Of a DNA stretch of 64,000 nucleotides, positions 52,367 to 64,000 are shown piece by piece. Under the pieces are notes generated by a model. The model saw only the letters and a list, made by a program, of their open reading frames with translations. It ran no database searches and was not told the DNA's origin. This stretch comes from Carcharhinus longimanus (lineage: Eukaryota). How positions within the stretch are numbered: position 1 is the first letter of the stretch; every line of letters begins with the position of its first letter. The stretch covers positions 71,194,740-71,258,739 of the forward strand of contig JASCQW010000043.1 in assembly GCA_030264375.1 (NCBI GenBank), given 5' to 3'. Both the position numbers and the translations under genes were made by a program.

Positions 52367-54669
52367 TCAGTGTGGTGCTTTTATGGTCAACATATTTTAT
52401 TCATTTATTAAGTTTCAAATCAGATCTTTCTGGTATCCTGTAGGCTATGAAGTTATTTTCTGTCAAATAGAAATTCAAAAATTGTTTGATACAACTAACA
52501 AACTGTTAACAGATTAAATAACATGCTGAAGTTCCAAATAAAGTTATTTTTCACTCAATGTCTGAAAAAAGAGCTTCAGTCTATTCTCACCTGGGTTAAA
52601 ATTGAATAATTTGCACATTGAATGAGGCTATGAATGAGAGCATAATTTAACAACAGTTCACATGACAAAAATGTTGTTTAAGTGACCCATTCAACACTTT
52701 GAGGATTCGTGTTTGCCATTCATCATCTGTTTATTGGCCAAGCAGCAACATCAGGCACACTTCTTTATGAATTGCAAGATATTTCTCCAAACACATGAGC
52801 GGAACACTATGGAAACGGAAATCTAAAATAAAAGTAGAACTTGCTGGAAATACTCATCAGGACTGGCAGCATTTGTGGAGTGATAAAAGTAGCTTAGGGA
52901 GGAGTATTATCTGCTGCAGTTTTTGGCAGGTTTGAAGGCCAAAGAGGGCAGAGAATCCGATGGGAGTCCCAAAATGGCCTTTACACAAGTGGGATTTCTA
53001 CCCCCACCAGCCAATGATGTAATTGGGTTCCTGCCATGAATGATCAGTAATCCCAATTAAATTCACTAACATCCACTTGGGAATTTAGGGTATTCTATTC
53101 ACCAACATAATGTCACACTGGTGGGTCCTATGTCCATGGAGGGAGGGAGGAGGAATCTGTGGGGTTTTGCTGATTTTATTTTTATTATTTTCAGCTCTCC
53201 AGTCTGTCAGGAACCAGCGCTCCTGGCAGGGCAAGCTCTGACATCGTGGGACCCATTCCTTCCATTTTTTTCTAAGTGTTTAAAAATATGGCAGGCAAAC
53301 CAGGCAAGGCAACTGATGGGTTGCCCACTGCTTTTCCCGCCTAAAACACAGAAAACAAAATCAAAAATTTTCACCCAAAATTTCAGGTCAATGGCCATCT
53401 CAAAAGATCACATTAGAGATGCAATAAATTTTGGGCAAGTACAGAGCAAGGAAAGGGAGAAGTGGAGGAAAATCTGTGAAAGGCAGGAGAGATTGTCCAA
53501 AACTTCATACAGGTGGTGGAGGCTCTGTAGACCTCCCAAAATGGTGAATAGGACACAGATTCAGAAATCCCACCCCTATTTCCAAAAAATCCAATTTTCC
53601 CTGGTAGGGATAGAAGTGGTGGGGCATGATTCACACATGAAAGAAAGTGAAATTCAGCAAAGTCATTTGAACTCAATGATGAATTCAAATAGATTCCATT
53701 TTCACTGCAGCAAGAGTCTTAGCCCAGTGTGCAAGTTACAATTTTTAGATGAGACATAAATGCTCCTGAAGGGCAAAAAAACTTATAAAACTATTGTGAT
53801 TCTAAGTTATTTAAATCCAGCCATTTAAACATTTAAAAAAGCTTTCCTATGCAGGTGAGAGTTAAAGAAAAAGCGTATTCTAACAGAATAGTGATTTGAA
53901 GATAGTACCTTAAGAATGCTATGAATGCTTGATTGTCTTCCAAAACCTAAAATTACCTCAGCAGGGAGGCTCTAAGTTCATATTTTGATATACTGCTCAA
54001 AGAGGTTTTAAATAATTAGCTGACTTTGAGATGACATTATGTATAGGAGATTGTTTTTACAAGGGATTAATAACTTGACAAGATGTAAACATTTTGAATT
54101 GTCTTTCATGACCACAAGTGCTTTTTTAAAAATTTTGTATCAAAATATTCCTGTGGGCTGCCCTTAATGAATGCTGGGTGAGTTGGCATGAAGTTTGTAA
54201 GGGCAAGTGTGATAGGGGTTGGAATGGGTTGGCATGAGCTGTCATTAAATTGGCAAGGAGGTACGAGTGACCATCAGGGTGGATAAAAGGGCACGGGTTT
54301 GCATGGATGCGATATTGAGAAAGATTGGGGTGTGAGGAGTAAGAACTAGAGGGCCTTAAACATGAGCAAATAACTGGAATGAACTTCCAGAGAACCAAAA
54401 TAAGCAGTGGTACTCCCAGTGGTCACCCCCAACCTGCATCTGGGGGCAGTGGGCCCCACTCCATCCAACACTCCCCCTGGGAATGAAGATCCTGTCATTC
54501 AGGGGAATTTCTCCCATGTGGGTCCAGGAAGCCTAGAAATTTTTCAATTCAAACTACCTGTTTCAGGAGAGAAAATCTGGGCCCAAGTAACAAAAGGAAT
54601 GATATTACTAAGGCAAAAGGGAATAGCAATGGGACAGATAAAGATGGGTCAAGAGGTGGTGTAATTGGG

Positions 54670-55340
54670 AATAACAGAACCATTACCAATATCCCCAATT
54701 CTGTGGCTTGAAATTGTTGAACTTAATGCTGAGTCCAAAAAGCTGTGGAGGGCCTAATTAAATGATGGGGTGACACTCCTTGAGTTTATCATGAGTTTGA
54801 CTAAACAATGTAGGAGGCTGAGAACAAAATAATCAGAACTAGAGTAGGTGGAGCACTAAAATGGCAGAAGCTCGGACACTTGGGGTCATGCTCATGAACG
54901 GATCAGGGATGTTCTCCAAAACAGTCAACTAATGTGTGTTTGTTCTGGCCAGTGCAGTGGAGACAGCATTGCCAGCAGCAAAAAAAAGTATATTAGATGA
55001 AAGGTTTTCAAATAAATTGCTGTTTATCAGGGATTCTGAACAGTGGGAAGGAAAGAGGTAAAAGGGCAAGTGTGGCATCTCCTGCACTTGGATGCAGAGA
55101 TGCTTTAGGAAGGGGAAGGGATATTGGGGGCGAGTAAAGCATGAACCAGAGTTTCACAGAGAAAATGGTCCCTTTGAAATGCTGAGGTAAGAGATAGGTT
55201 TGATGGAGCATCACTGTGGAGGTGAAGCAAATGGCAGAGGATAAATAGAGTGTATAAGCTGAGGTGGTAGAAGATGAGGACAAGGAAAAGCCAATGCTGG
55301 CTCTGGAAGGGACGGAATGAAAGTGGAACTGTGGGAAATG
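54670..55340 (-). mobile_element. Decayed Penelope-like GIY-YIG region
   Basis: Reverse complement ends KLKECHPII*LGPPQLFGLSIKFNNF, compared with the PLE C-terminal pattern RKLEEQHLIFRLGTLQP.GLNIEFNNF. Confidence 0.7.
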
Positions 55341-55899
55341 GAAAGAAAGCTATCTATGTATATGGTTTTTGTTTGCTGTTGATACGTGAGTGTTATTACA
55401 TTTAAACATCACAGCCAAAGTATAAGCATATTAGAAATCAATGCAAGAGGAAAAGCAAAAGGAGTTTCAATTACATTTGAAAAAAGATTGAAAAAGAAAA
55501 AATTGCTTTAAACATCTAATCCACTTACAATCCAGCCACAACTCCATCCTAACAATCCATTTGAGTCATATGCTTACGTGGTCTGTCCTTGACTCTTATC
55601 TCATCCTCTCATAGAGGATGTCTTTCAATCAATAGTGATGCTAATTAAGTGGAGTGATCATTGCATTCTGAATTAAAATCTATTTTATTGCAGAAACTAA
55701 AACAAAATATGAACAAAACTCAATAAGAACACAAAAGTTTTACCATATGCTATGGTGGAACGTAAAAGCACATTGCATTATATCCGATTCTGCACACTAC
55801 ATACTACAAAGCTGTGAAAGTTTACTAAGAGATTTACTAAAATAACTTCAGGAATGAGAGATTACAATTAACACGGATAAACTGTAGAATCTGAGCACA

Positions 55900-57450
55900 A
55901 AACTTGACCTCCTGTTAGGAATTAAGGAAGGGCAGGTGACAGAAGTGTTAGTGAGGGATCACTTTGGGGCCAGTAACCATAATTCTATTGGTTTTAAGAT
56001 AGCTATGGAGAATGATAGGTCTGGCCCAAAAGCTAAAATTCTAAATTGGGGCAAGGGCACTTTTGATGATATCAGGCAGGAACTTCCAAAAGTTAATTGG
56101 GGGAGTCTGTGGGAAGGCAAAGGGATGTCTGATAAGTGGTACGCTTTCAAAAGTGTGTTAACCAGGGTTCAGGGTAAATACATTCCTCTTAGAGTGAAGG
56201 GCAAGGCTGGCAGAAGTAGGGAACCCTGGATGACTCGGGATATTGAGGCCCTAGGTCAAGAAAAAGAAGGAGGCATATGACATGCATAGATAGCTGAGAT
56301 CAAGTGAAGCTCTTGAAGAGTATAGGGAGTGTAGGAGTAGAGTTGAGAGAAATCAGGAGGGCAAAAAGGGGACATGAGATTGTTTTGGCAGATGAGGCAA
56401 AGGAGAATCCAAAGAGCTTACTACAAAAATAGTAACAAGGGAGACAGTAGGGCCTCTTAAGGATCAACAAGATCATCTTTGTGCAGATCCACAAGAGATG
56501 GGCAAGATCCTAAATAAATATTTCTCATCAGTATTTACTATTGAGAAAAGCATGGATGTTAGGGAACTTGGGGAAATAAATATTGATGTCTTGAAGAATG
56601 TACATATTACAGAGGAAGAGGTGCTGGAAGTCTTAATGGTGGATAAATCCCCGGGACCTGATGAAGTGTATCCCAGGACACTGTGGGAGGCTAAGGGGGA
56701 AATTGCAGGTCTCCTAGCTAAGATATTTGAATCATCGATAGTCACAGGTGAGGTGCCTGAAGATTGGAGAGTAGCAAATGTTGTGCCTTTGTTTAAAAAG
56801 GGCTGCAGGGAAAAGCCTGGGAATTACAGGCCGAGGAACTTCACATCTGTGGTAGATAAATTGTTGGAAGGTATTTTGAGAGACAGGATTTACAGATATT
56901 TAGAGAAACAACTACTGATTAGGGACAGTCAGCATAGCTTTGAGTGTGGAAAATCGTGTCTCAAATTTGATTGAGTTTTTAAGGGTAACCAAGGTGGTAG
57001 ATGAGGGCAGTACAGTTGATATTATCTACATGGACTTTAGCAAGACCTTTGACAAGGTACCACAAAGGTAGATTGTTGCCAAAGGTTAAATCTCTCAGGA
57101 TCCAGGGTGAGGTATCTAAATGGATACAAAATTGGCTTCTTGACTGTAGCCAGGTGGTTGTAGAGAATGGTTTTTCAAACTGGAGGCCTGTGACTACTGG
57201 TGTGCCTCAAGAATCAGTGCTGGGTCCACTGTTATTTGTCATTTATGAATGATTTGGAGGAGAATATGGGGCATCGTTAGTAAGCTTGTCTTTTAAAAAG
57301 CATTAGGTAGTTTCATGGGTACGATGGGTATAGAGGGATAAGGGCCAAATGCAGACAATTGGGATTAGCTTAGGGGTTTTAAAAAAAGGGTGGCATGGAC
57401 AAGTTGAGCTGAAGGGCCTGTTTCCATTCTGTAAACCTCTGACTCTAAGT
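55900..57450 (+). mobile_element. CR1 LINE ORF2 fragment with internal deletion and 3' tail
   Basis: DKSPGPDEVYPR, DWRVANVVPLFKKG, PGNYRP and GVPQESVLGPLLFVIY motifs. Confidence 0.93.
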
Positions 57451-57457
57451 TCTAAGA

Positions 57458-57760
57458 TCATAGAATCCCTACAGTGCAGGAGGCCATTCAGCCCATTGAG
57501 CCTGTGCTGACAATCCCACCTAAGCCCTATTCTCATAATCCCACATATTTCCTCTGCTCAATCCCCTGACGCTAAGAGGCAATTTAGCATAGCCAATCAA
57601 CCTTAACCCAGCCATGTTTGGGACTATGGGAGGAAACCAAAGTATCTGGAAGAAATCCACGCAGACACGAGAAGAATGTGCAGACTCTAGTCACCCGAGG
57701 ATGAAATTGAACCTAGGTCCCCGGTGCTGAGAGGCAGAAGGTCTAACCACTGTCACCCTA
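57458..57760 (-). mobile_element. HE1-type SINE
   Basis: Same family as 39047-39370. Confidence 0.85.
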
Positions 57761-58084
57761 TTGTATGTTATACCATATTTCAATGTTCTTTTGTATTTAA
57801 AGCAGTTTGAATTTAACACATTCAACCACCTTGGTTATGTTTAAGACTAGTTTTAACTGAATAATTAGTGAGATGACGTTTAGGACTAATGCGAGTTTGC
57901 TGACAAGAACAGGGACTGTACTGAATGTGGAAAGGTTAGAAATGGAATTGTAGATGAGGCTAAAAAGCACTCAATTCTTGTGAGCACATGTGCACACCTG
58001 TTAGCTGCACCACAGAAACCAGGGGACATTCCATTTGTCGATTTGGTATGAGTGCAGAATTACCACAATGCTAATAATTAAATA

Positions 58085-59115
58085 GTTAAATGCGAGGTGG
58101 TCCACTTTGGTAGGAATAATGGTAGGAAGGACTATTACTTACATGGCGAAAAACTGCAGCAGGCGACNNNNNNNNNNNNNNNNNNNNNNNNNNNNNNNNN
58201 NNNNNNNNNNNNNNNNNNNNNNNNNNNNNNNNNNNNNNNNNNNNNNNNNNNNNNNNNNNNNNNNNNNATTTACTAGGATGCTACCGGGACTTGATGGATT
58301 GAATTATAAGGAGAGGCTGGATAGACTGGGACTTTTTTCTCTGGAGCGTAGGAGGCTGAGGGGTGATCTTAGAGGTCTATAAAATAATGAGGGGTACAAT
58401 CAGCTAAATAGTCAATATCTTTTCCCAAAGGTAGGGGAGTCTAAAACTAGAGGGCATAGGTTTAAGGTTGAGAGGAGAGAGATACAAAAGTGTCCAGAGG
58501 GGCAATTTCTTCATACAAAGGGTGGTGAGTATCTGGAACAAGCTGCCGGAGATAGTAGTAGAGGTGGGTACAATTTTGTCTTTTAAAAAGCATGTAGATA
58601 GTTACATGGGTATGATGGTATAGAGGCATATGGACCAAATGCAGGCAATTGGGATTAGCTAGGGGTTTTAAAAGAGAAAGGGCAGCATGGACAAGTTGGA
58701 CTGAAGAGCCTGTTTCCATGCTGTAAACCTCTATGACTAAGCTGGGTTGTCATTCTTAGAGCAATGAAAGTTGTAGATTTGATAAATTGTTCAAGATCAT
58801 TGGATAGAGCAAATAAAGAGAAACTGTTTCCCATGGCTAAAGGGTCAATAACCACAGGGCATAGATTTATGATTGGTCAAAGAGCCAGAGGGGACATGGG
58901 GAAATATGTTTTAATACAGGCAGTTAGAATTAAGAATGCATTGCCTGATAGATTGGAGAAACAGATCAAATAAGAGCTTTCATAAGGGAATTGGATTCAT
59001 ATTTGAAGGAGAAAATAATGTAGAGATATATGGAAACAGCAGGACAGTGGGATGAATAGTTCTTCAGAAGATCCAGTGCAGAATTACTAGGCTGTACTAT
59101 TACATGATTCTATGA
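58085..59115 (+). mobile_element. CR1 3' fragments (two elements, with a gap)
   Basis: KCEVVHFGRNN and FTRMLPGLDGLNYKERLDRLGLFSLERRRLRGDL; the tail at 58590-58740 is nearly identical to 57290-57450. Confidence 0.9.
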
Positions 59116-62100
59116 GAAGTTCTGGGAGCTACTGGCTCATCAACTCGTCTTTTTAGGTAATAAAGCTGGTTCAGCTTCAGCAGCTTTTAAACATTTGCAC
59201 TTAATGTGCTCTGCTTGATTTCACAAGGAGAATCACTGTCTGTTTTACAGCAATGATCCCTTTTAAAAACAGTTTTATTTGTCAGCGCTAAATCATAAAG
59301 TGTATGAATTCCCAATTAGATTCTTGTATCATTTGCATGATATACATGACTATCTAGAATAGATTCTGAAATGCCTAAAATGGATGAAAGACTGCAAAAT
59401 TTGCAATAATACTATTGTATGAAAATAAATAGGTATTAACCTTCAATAGTGATCAATTGAATTTCATAACAATGCTTTAATATGAATATCACTAATATTA
59501 CACAACTTAATTTTAAGCCAATATGTTCCTGCAGTTTAGTATAAAATGTAGTTAAAAGTAACAGTGCGCAACTCCATAAATGTCACCAAACTATCTTGCA
59601 GGCATCTAGATAGTTTTTGAACATATATTTTGCATGTTTGAGTGTCTTCTCAAGAATCAAGTCATGCTAGGAAAAGCACATTTATCCCTAGTTGCAAAGA
59701 TGGGGTTCTTCTTAAAATACTATAATTTTTGTGGTGTTTGTAGTTCTGCAGTTGTATTTAGGGAATTAATCCAGTGACAACGTGATGGTAAAGAATATGA
59801 CCACCCACAGGGTTCTAGCATCTAGTACATAGTAAGTACATGGCTTGGAGGAAAACAAAAGTGATGATGTTCCTGCAACGGTGGTTGTTTTGGTAGTGGA
59901 GGTCGCAAAGGGGGCTGGAATATTGTTGAATTGCTGCACTACACCTTGCACATCTCTAGAGCCATAGGAAGCATATTTTTGCTCCCAGGTTGAGTGTGTA
60001 GTGTTAGGGGAATTCCTAGCTCAAGTGAACGTCAAAGCTGTAAATGTTGTCCAACTGTTAACTGACCCTGGAATGGACGGCCCATTGTCAGGCTTTCCCA
60101 TGGGAAAATTTTCTTTGTTGTTGCCTAATCAAAATTGTACTGAACTACACCCCTTAATGGTATCTTAAGACACAGCCATGGAGGTGGCATGTGTGATCCC
60201 TGACCTGATCACATTTCCAGCCCAGTGAAAATAGAAAGTGCTGTGTTCAAGGGCAGCGACTTGGGAGTCCATACTCATCCGTCATTTTCAGCATCATGCA
60301 AAAATTTAGGCCATAGTGTGAAATGAGTGATAGGGTATTGATCAACTGATCAAGCAGACTGATCTGTCCCGATTAAGTTATGTTCTTGTTGAATCATCTC
60401 CACAGGTGCTGCCAGACACGCTGAGTTTTTCCAGCATTTTTGTTTTTATTTCCGATCTCCAACATTTACAGTGTTTTGCCTGGTAATTGTTGATTTAAGC
60501 AACGTAACACTTCCTTGAGGATTACACAACGTACACTTCTCTGAATGAGCTCAGGCAGCTTTACAATGAAATGGGAATAGTTTCACCATCAGACCTCAGG
60601 AAGGCATATGAAGGAGAATGAAAAATGTCAGGCAAAGTAATCATGATTGTTTGTCAGCTGCTATTGTGCTGAGAAGAGTGTCAAATGTAGAGAAACAACA
60701 TCGGGAAAACTAACAAGGCAACTAAAGGAGTTGCTGTCTAAAATGAACAAGGGCATCAATTGCCAACAGCTTAGTAAGTTGTTTTTAATCATTCAAATAA
60801 ATTGTTCAGACTGCCCATTCAGCCAGAGATAACATCGATGAGATCATAAACAACCCAGGTCATTATTGTCTCCAATGTCCCATAGTATGAAATACCTACC
60901 TGCTTCACTGGCAACATAACAGAGGAAAAAGTAAGGAATCCAGCAATGGGTAAATTATCTTGTGGGTGACCAAGAAATAACAGATTATACCAACATCTGT
61001 CTTATTATTCAATTACACACAGTCAATATGCCCACTACCTCAGCAATTGGGTCTTCTGACTATTAGTCAGACTCCCTCGACAAACAAACCAGACTAAACA
61101 ACCACTTTTTAGCATCAAGTCTATTGGTTAACTAAAGAGTGCCACATTCAACTACCTCCACCTTCTGTCCGTCAGCCACGCATCTTACCAGGTGGCACCT
61201 GGGCTGAGGAGACCAATCACATTCAGAATCAGCAAAGCTGTGGCTACACCTCTACTGGAAATGTATGGTGCTACCTTGTCACACTAGATTTTCAGCTGTG
61301 AAGTTTCTGATTTTGTCATGGCACTGCTACAGTGTTTCAGTTCTGATCCTCTCAAGGTCACCTGAAATATTGAAGCTGAAATTGGTTAATGCTGGTTGGC
61401 ACAGTGGGGCAGGCGAGGCCTAGGATGGCCTTCCTACGCTCACCCCAATTGAGACAGTTGAGCAGCCAAATTTTAGCCTTTTAAAAGCCATTTTCCACCC
61501 AAGCCTCAGTTTTGAGTCTTGCTGGAGGAGTTCAGGTTGAGGGGGATGCCCATGAGGGCATTCAGCTCAGACCTCAGGCATGAAAGAGGCAGCACTTCCT
61601 CATGGGCCCCCTTACTAGACTGGGCTCCATCCCCCTCCACCCCCACTGTCTTCCTTCTGTGGGATGGTCCTTCCCTCCCCTCCACCACTTTGGCTTCTCA
61701 ATCAAGACCCCCATCCTCCTGCAGATGTCAAGCTGCTGCGTTTGGTGAGCCTGTGACCACCACGGACACTTCAGATAGTGGACGAAACACATCAGCCAAA
61801 TTCTGCCCTTTGAATGAACTATCGTTCACAGAGGCCCTTTGAGGACAGATCATAAATAAAAAGACTTGTAGTTGCAACTTTAAGGAACCATGCTCATCTA
61901 ATATCTGCCTTCAACTTGTGCACAACCAACAATGGCAATCAAATGGTTGTACTAGGTTTCAATGCTGCACTTAACCAGCCTGACTGAATTTGACAGCCTC
62001 CTGATATTGTGTTTTCATACTGATCTGATAGATAGTTTTGCACTAGCAAACTCAATTTTTCTATTTCAAAAAAGTGATTATTTTCATTTATGAAACACTG

Positions 62101-63039
62101 AAAAGCTGACTGTCAAGTTACACAGTTGATAATACACAATGTATATCTTCAGTAGAAATCCACTCGCACCTCCTCACACTGCCTGTAAAACTCAGCATGT
62201 AAGGAATTGAGGGTGTGAAAGTCAAAGAATGCTGGCTATTCTCAGTTAGAAAATGCTAGCATTGTTCTATAATACATCAACAGAATGTAACTAAACACTA
62301 ACCAACAAAAGCACTAAAAACTTCAGATCAGAAAATACGCCTGTTCTCTGTCAATCCATGAAAGAAGAACTGAATAGAAGAATAAAAGATCCTTTATGGT
62401 ATAAATTAAGTATGCAAGGTGTCAAATCAGATGAACTTAGCCAGGCATTTGACAAGCTATTAAATATGCACCATGGGCACAGAGCTACGATCAGTGCAGC
62501 AGCAGATTAATATTACACAGTTCTTAGCAACAACCTTCTCTGACACAGGTCACAATGATATGGAAGTCAGAATATGGTTTACCATAGCTCATTCATTTTA
62601 TAATTCTTCACTTGGTTAGGAAGAAAAATGATTTTGTTTTTTGGATTTCTTTTACGTCATCTAACCACTGTAGAATGTCCATTTTGAAAACCAGAATTCC
62701 TCAATGCTTTCATTAAAATTCACAAAATATAAATAATGGATAACCATACATTCCTGCTCACATCTTGAATTATTGAATAACCCAACTGGAGACAAGAAAT
62801 CAGGAGTTAATCCTGCAGGATTTTAGAGACAAGAGCAAGACTTTTCCCAAGGGATAACAGAAAATGATCAAAATAAATGTAGCATTGAGCGCTGATTGAT
62901 AAATGTGGATATATGGAACCAACTCTCATTGCAACTATAGTGAAAGGCAGAAATTAAAAATTAACGCAGCTAGCAACATATAATGTGGAAGAGAGGCTTG
63001 TTAGAGTGTATTCCTTCCATATATATTATATATACACAT

Positions 63040-64000
63040 TAGAATTGGAATCAGGTGAAATCATAATGGGCAACAAAGAAATGGCAGACCAACTGAACAA
63101 ATACTTTGGATCTGTCTTCATTAAGGAGGACACAAATAACCTTTCAGAAATACTAGGGGACAGAGGATCTAGCATGAAGAAGGAACTGAACAAAATCCNN
63201 NNNNNNNNNNNNNNNNNNNNNNNNNNNNNNNNNNNNNNNNNNNNNNNNNNNNNNNNNNNNNNNNNNNNNNNNNNNNNNNNNNNNNNNNNNNNNNNNNNNN
63301 NNNNNNNNNNNNNNNNNNNNNNNNNNNNNNNNNNNNNNNNNNNNNNNNNNNNNNNNNNNNNNNNNNNNNNNNNGTTATCCCAACATTGGTGGTGGGGAAA
63401 ATGCTGGAGTCAATTATTAAGGAAACAACAACTAAGCATTTGGAAAGCAGTGACAGGATGGGTCCAAGTAAGCATGGATTCACTGAAGAGAAATCACGCT
63501 TGACAAATCTTCTGGAATTTTTTTTTTGACCAGTAGAGTGGACAAGGGTGATCCAGTGGATTTTGGGTATCTGGGCTTTCAAATGGCTTTTGACAAGGTC
63601 CCACACAGGAGATTAATGAGCAAAATTAAAGCTGTTGGTATTGGGGGTAATGTAATGATGTGTATAGAGAACTGGTTGGCATGCAAGAAGTAGACAATGG
63701 GAATAAACAGGTCCATTTCAGAGTGGCAGGCAATGATCAGTGGGGTACCACAGGGACCCCAGCTATTCACAATATACATTAATGATTTGGATGAAGGAAT
63801 TGAATGCAGTATCTCCAAATTTGCAGGTGACAATAAGCTGGGCGGCAGTGTGTGCTATGAGGAGGGTGCTACAAGGCTGGCTGAGTGGGCAAATACTTGA
63901 CAAATGCAATATAATGTAGATAAATGTGAGGTTATTCACTTCGGTGGCAAAAACAGAAAGGAAGATTATCTGAATGGTGGCACTTTAGGAAAAAGGGGAA
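63040..64000 (+). mobile_element. CR1 LINE ORF2 fragment
   Basis: EMADQLNKYFGSVF, GVPQG, FTIYINDLDEGIECSISKFAGDNKLGG and KCEVIHFG motifs. Confidence 0.92.

Noticed and set aside
53121-53759. 212-aa ORF
   Set aside because: It starts at GTG, lies in decayed DNA-transposon-like sequence antisense to FRMD3, and has no recognisable domain.
56498-56974. 158-aa RT-like ORF as an active retroelement or retron-like system
   Set aside because: It is an ordinary CR1 ORF2 fragment flanked by frameshifts and stops, with an internal deletion.
60647-60832. ORF starting MFVSCYC, superficially like the human FRMD3 N-terminus MFASCHC
   Set aside because: It is on the wrong strand, starts at TTG, and lacks the CTIRLLDD motif. 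The true exon 1 was not found in the window.

Overview
Eukaryotic, AT-rich, CpG-depleted genomic DNA. The repeat content (HE1-type tRNA SINEs, HER1/CR1 LINEs, Penelope, Harbinger, Deu-type SINE remnants) points to a cartilaginous fish, probably a shark. The assembly is fragmented, with several ~100-N and 10-N gaps. The only host gene I can support is FRMD3 (FERM domain-containing 3) on the minus strand. Eight consecutive internal coding exons (equivalent to human exons 2-9, 690 nt, 230 codons) lie between 52327 and 1594, all with GT-AG boundaries and matching phases; exon 1 and exons 10 onward were not found in the window. The rest is intronic and made largely of decayed, often nested transposable elements, and almost all ORFs in the track are spurious or TE fragments. 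The most unusual signal is a CpG-rich, stop-free 54-codon segment next to a gap (30461-30623, minus) that looks like an insect ionotropic receptor (IR21a-type). It is most likely contamination or a chimeric join rather than horizontal transfer. Also notable are a TSD-bounded Penelope element with inverted pseudo-LTRs carrying decayed hammerhead ribozyme cores, and a two-gene Harbinger transposon relic. I found no evidence for a new functional system. Family assignments come from recalled protein and repeat motifs, not database searches, and repeat boundaries are approximate.
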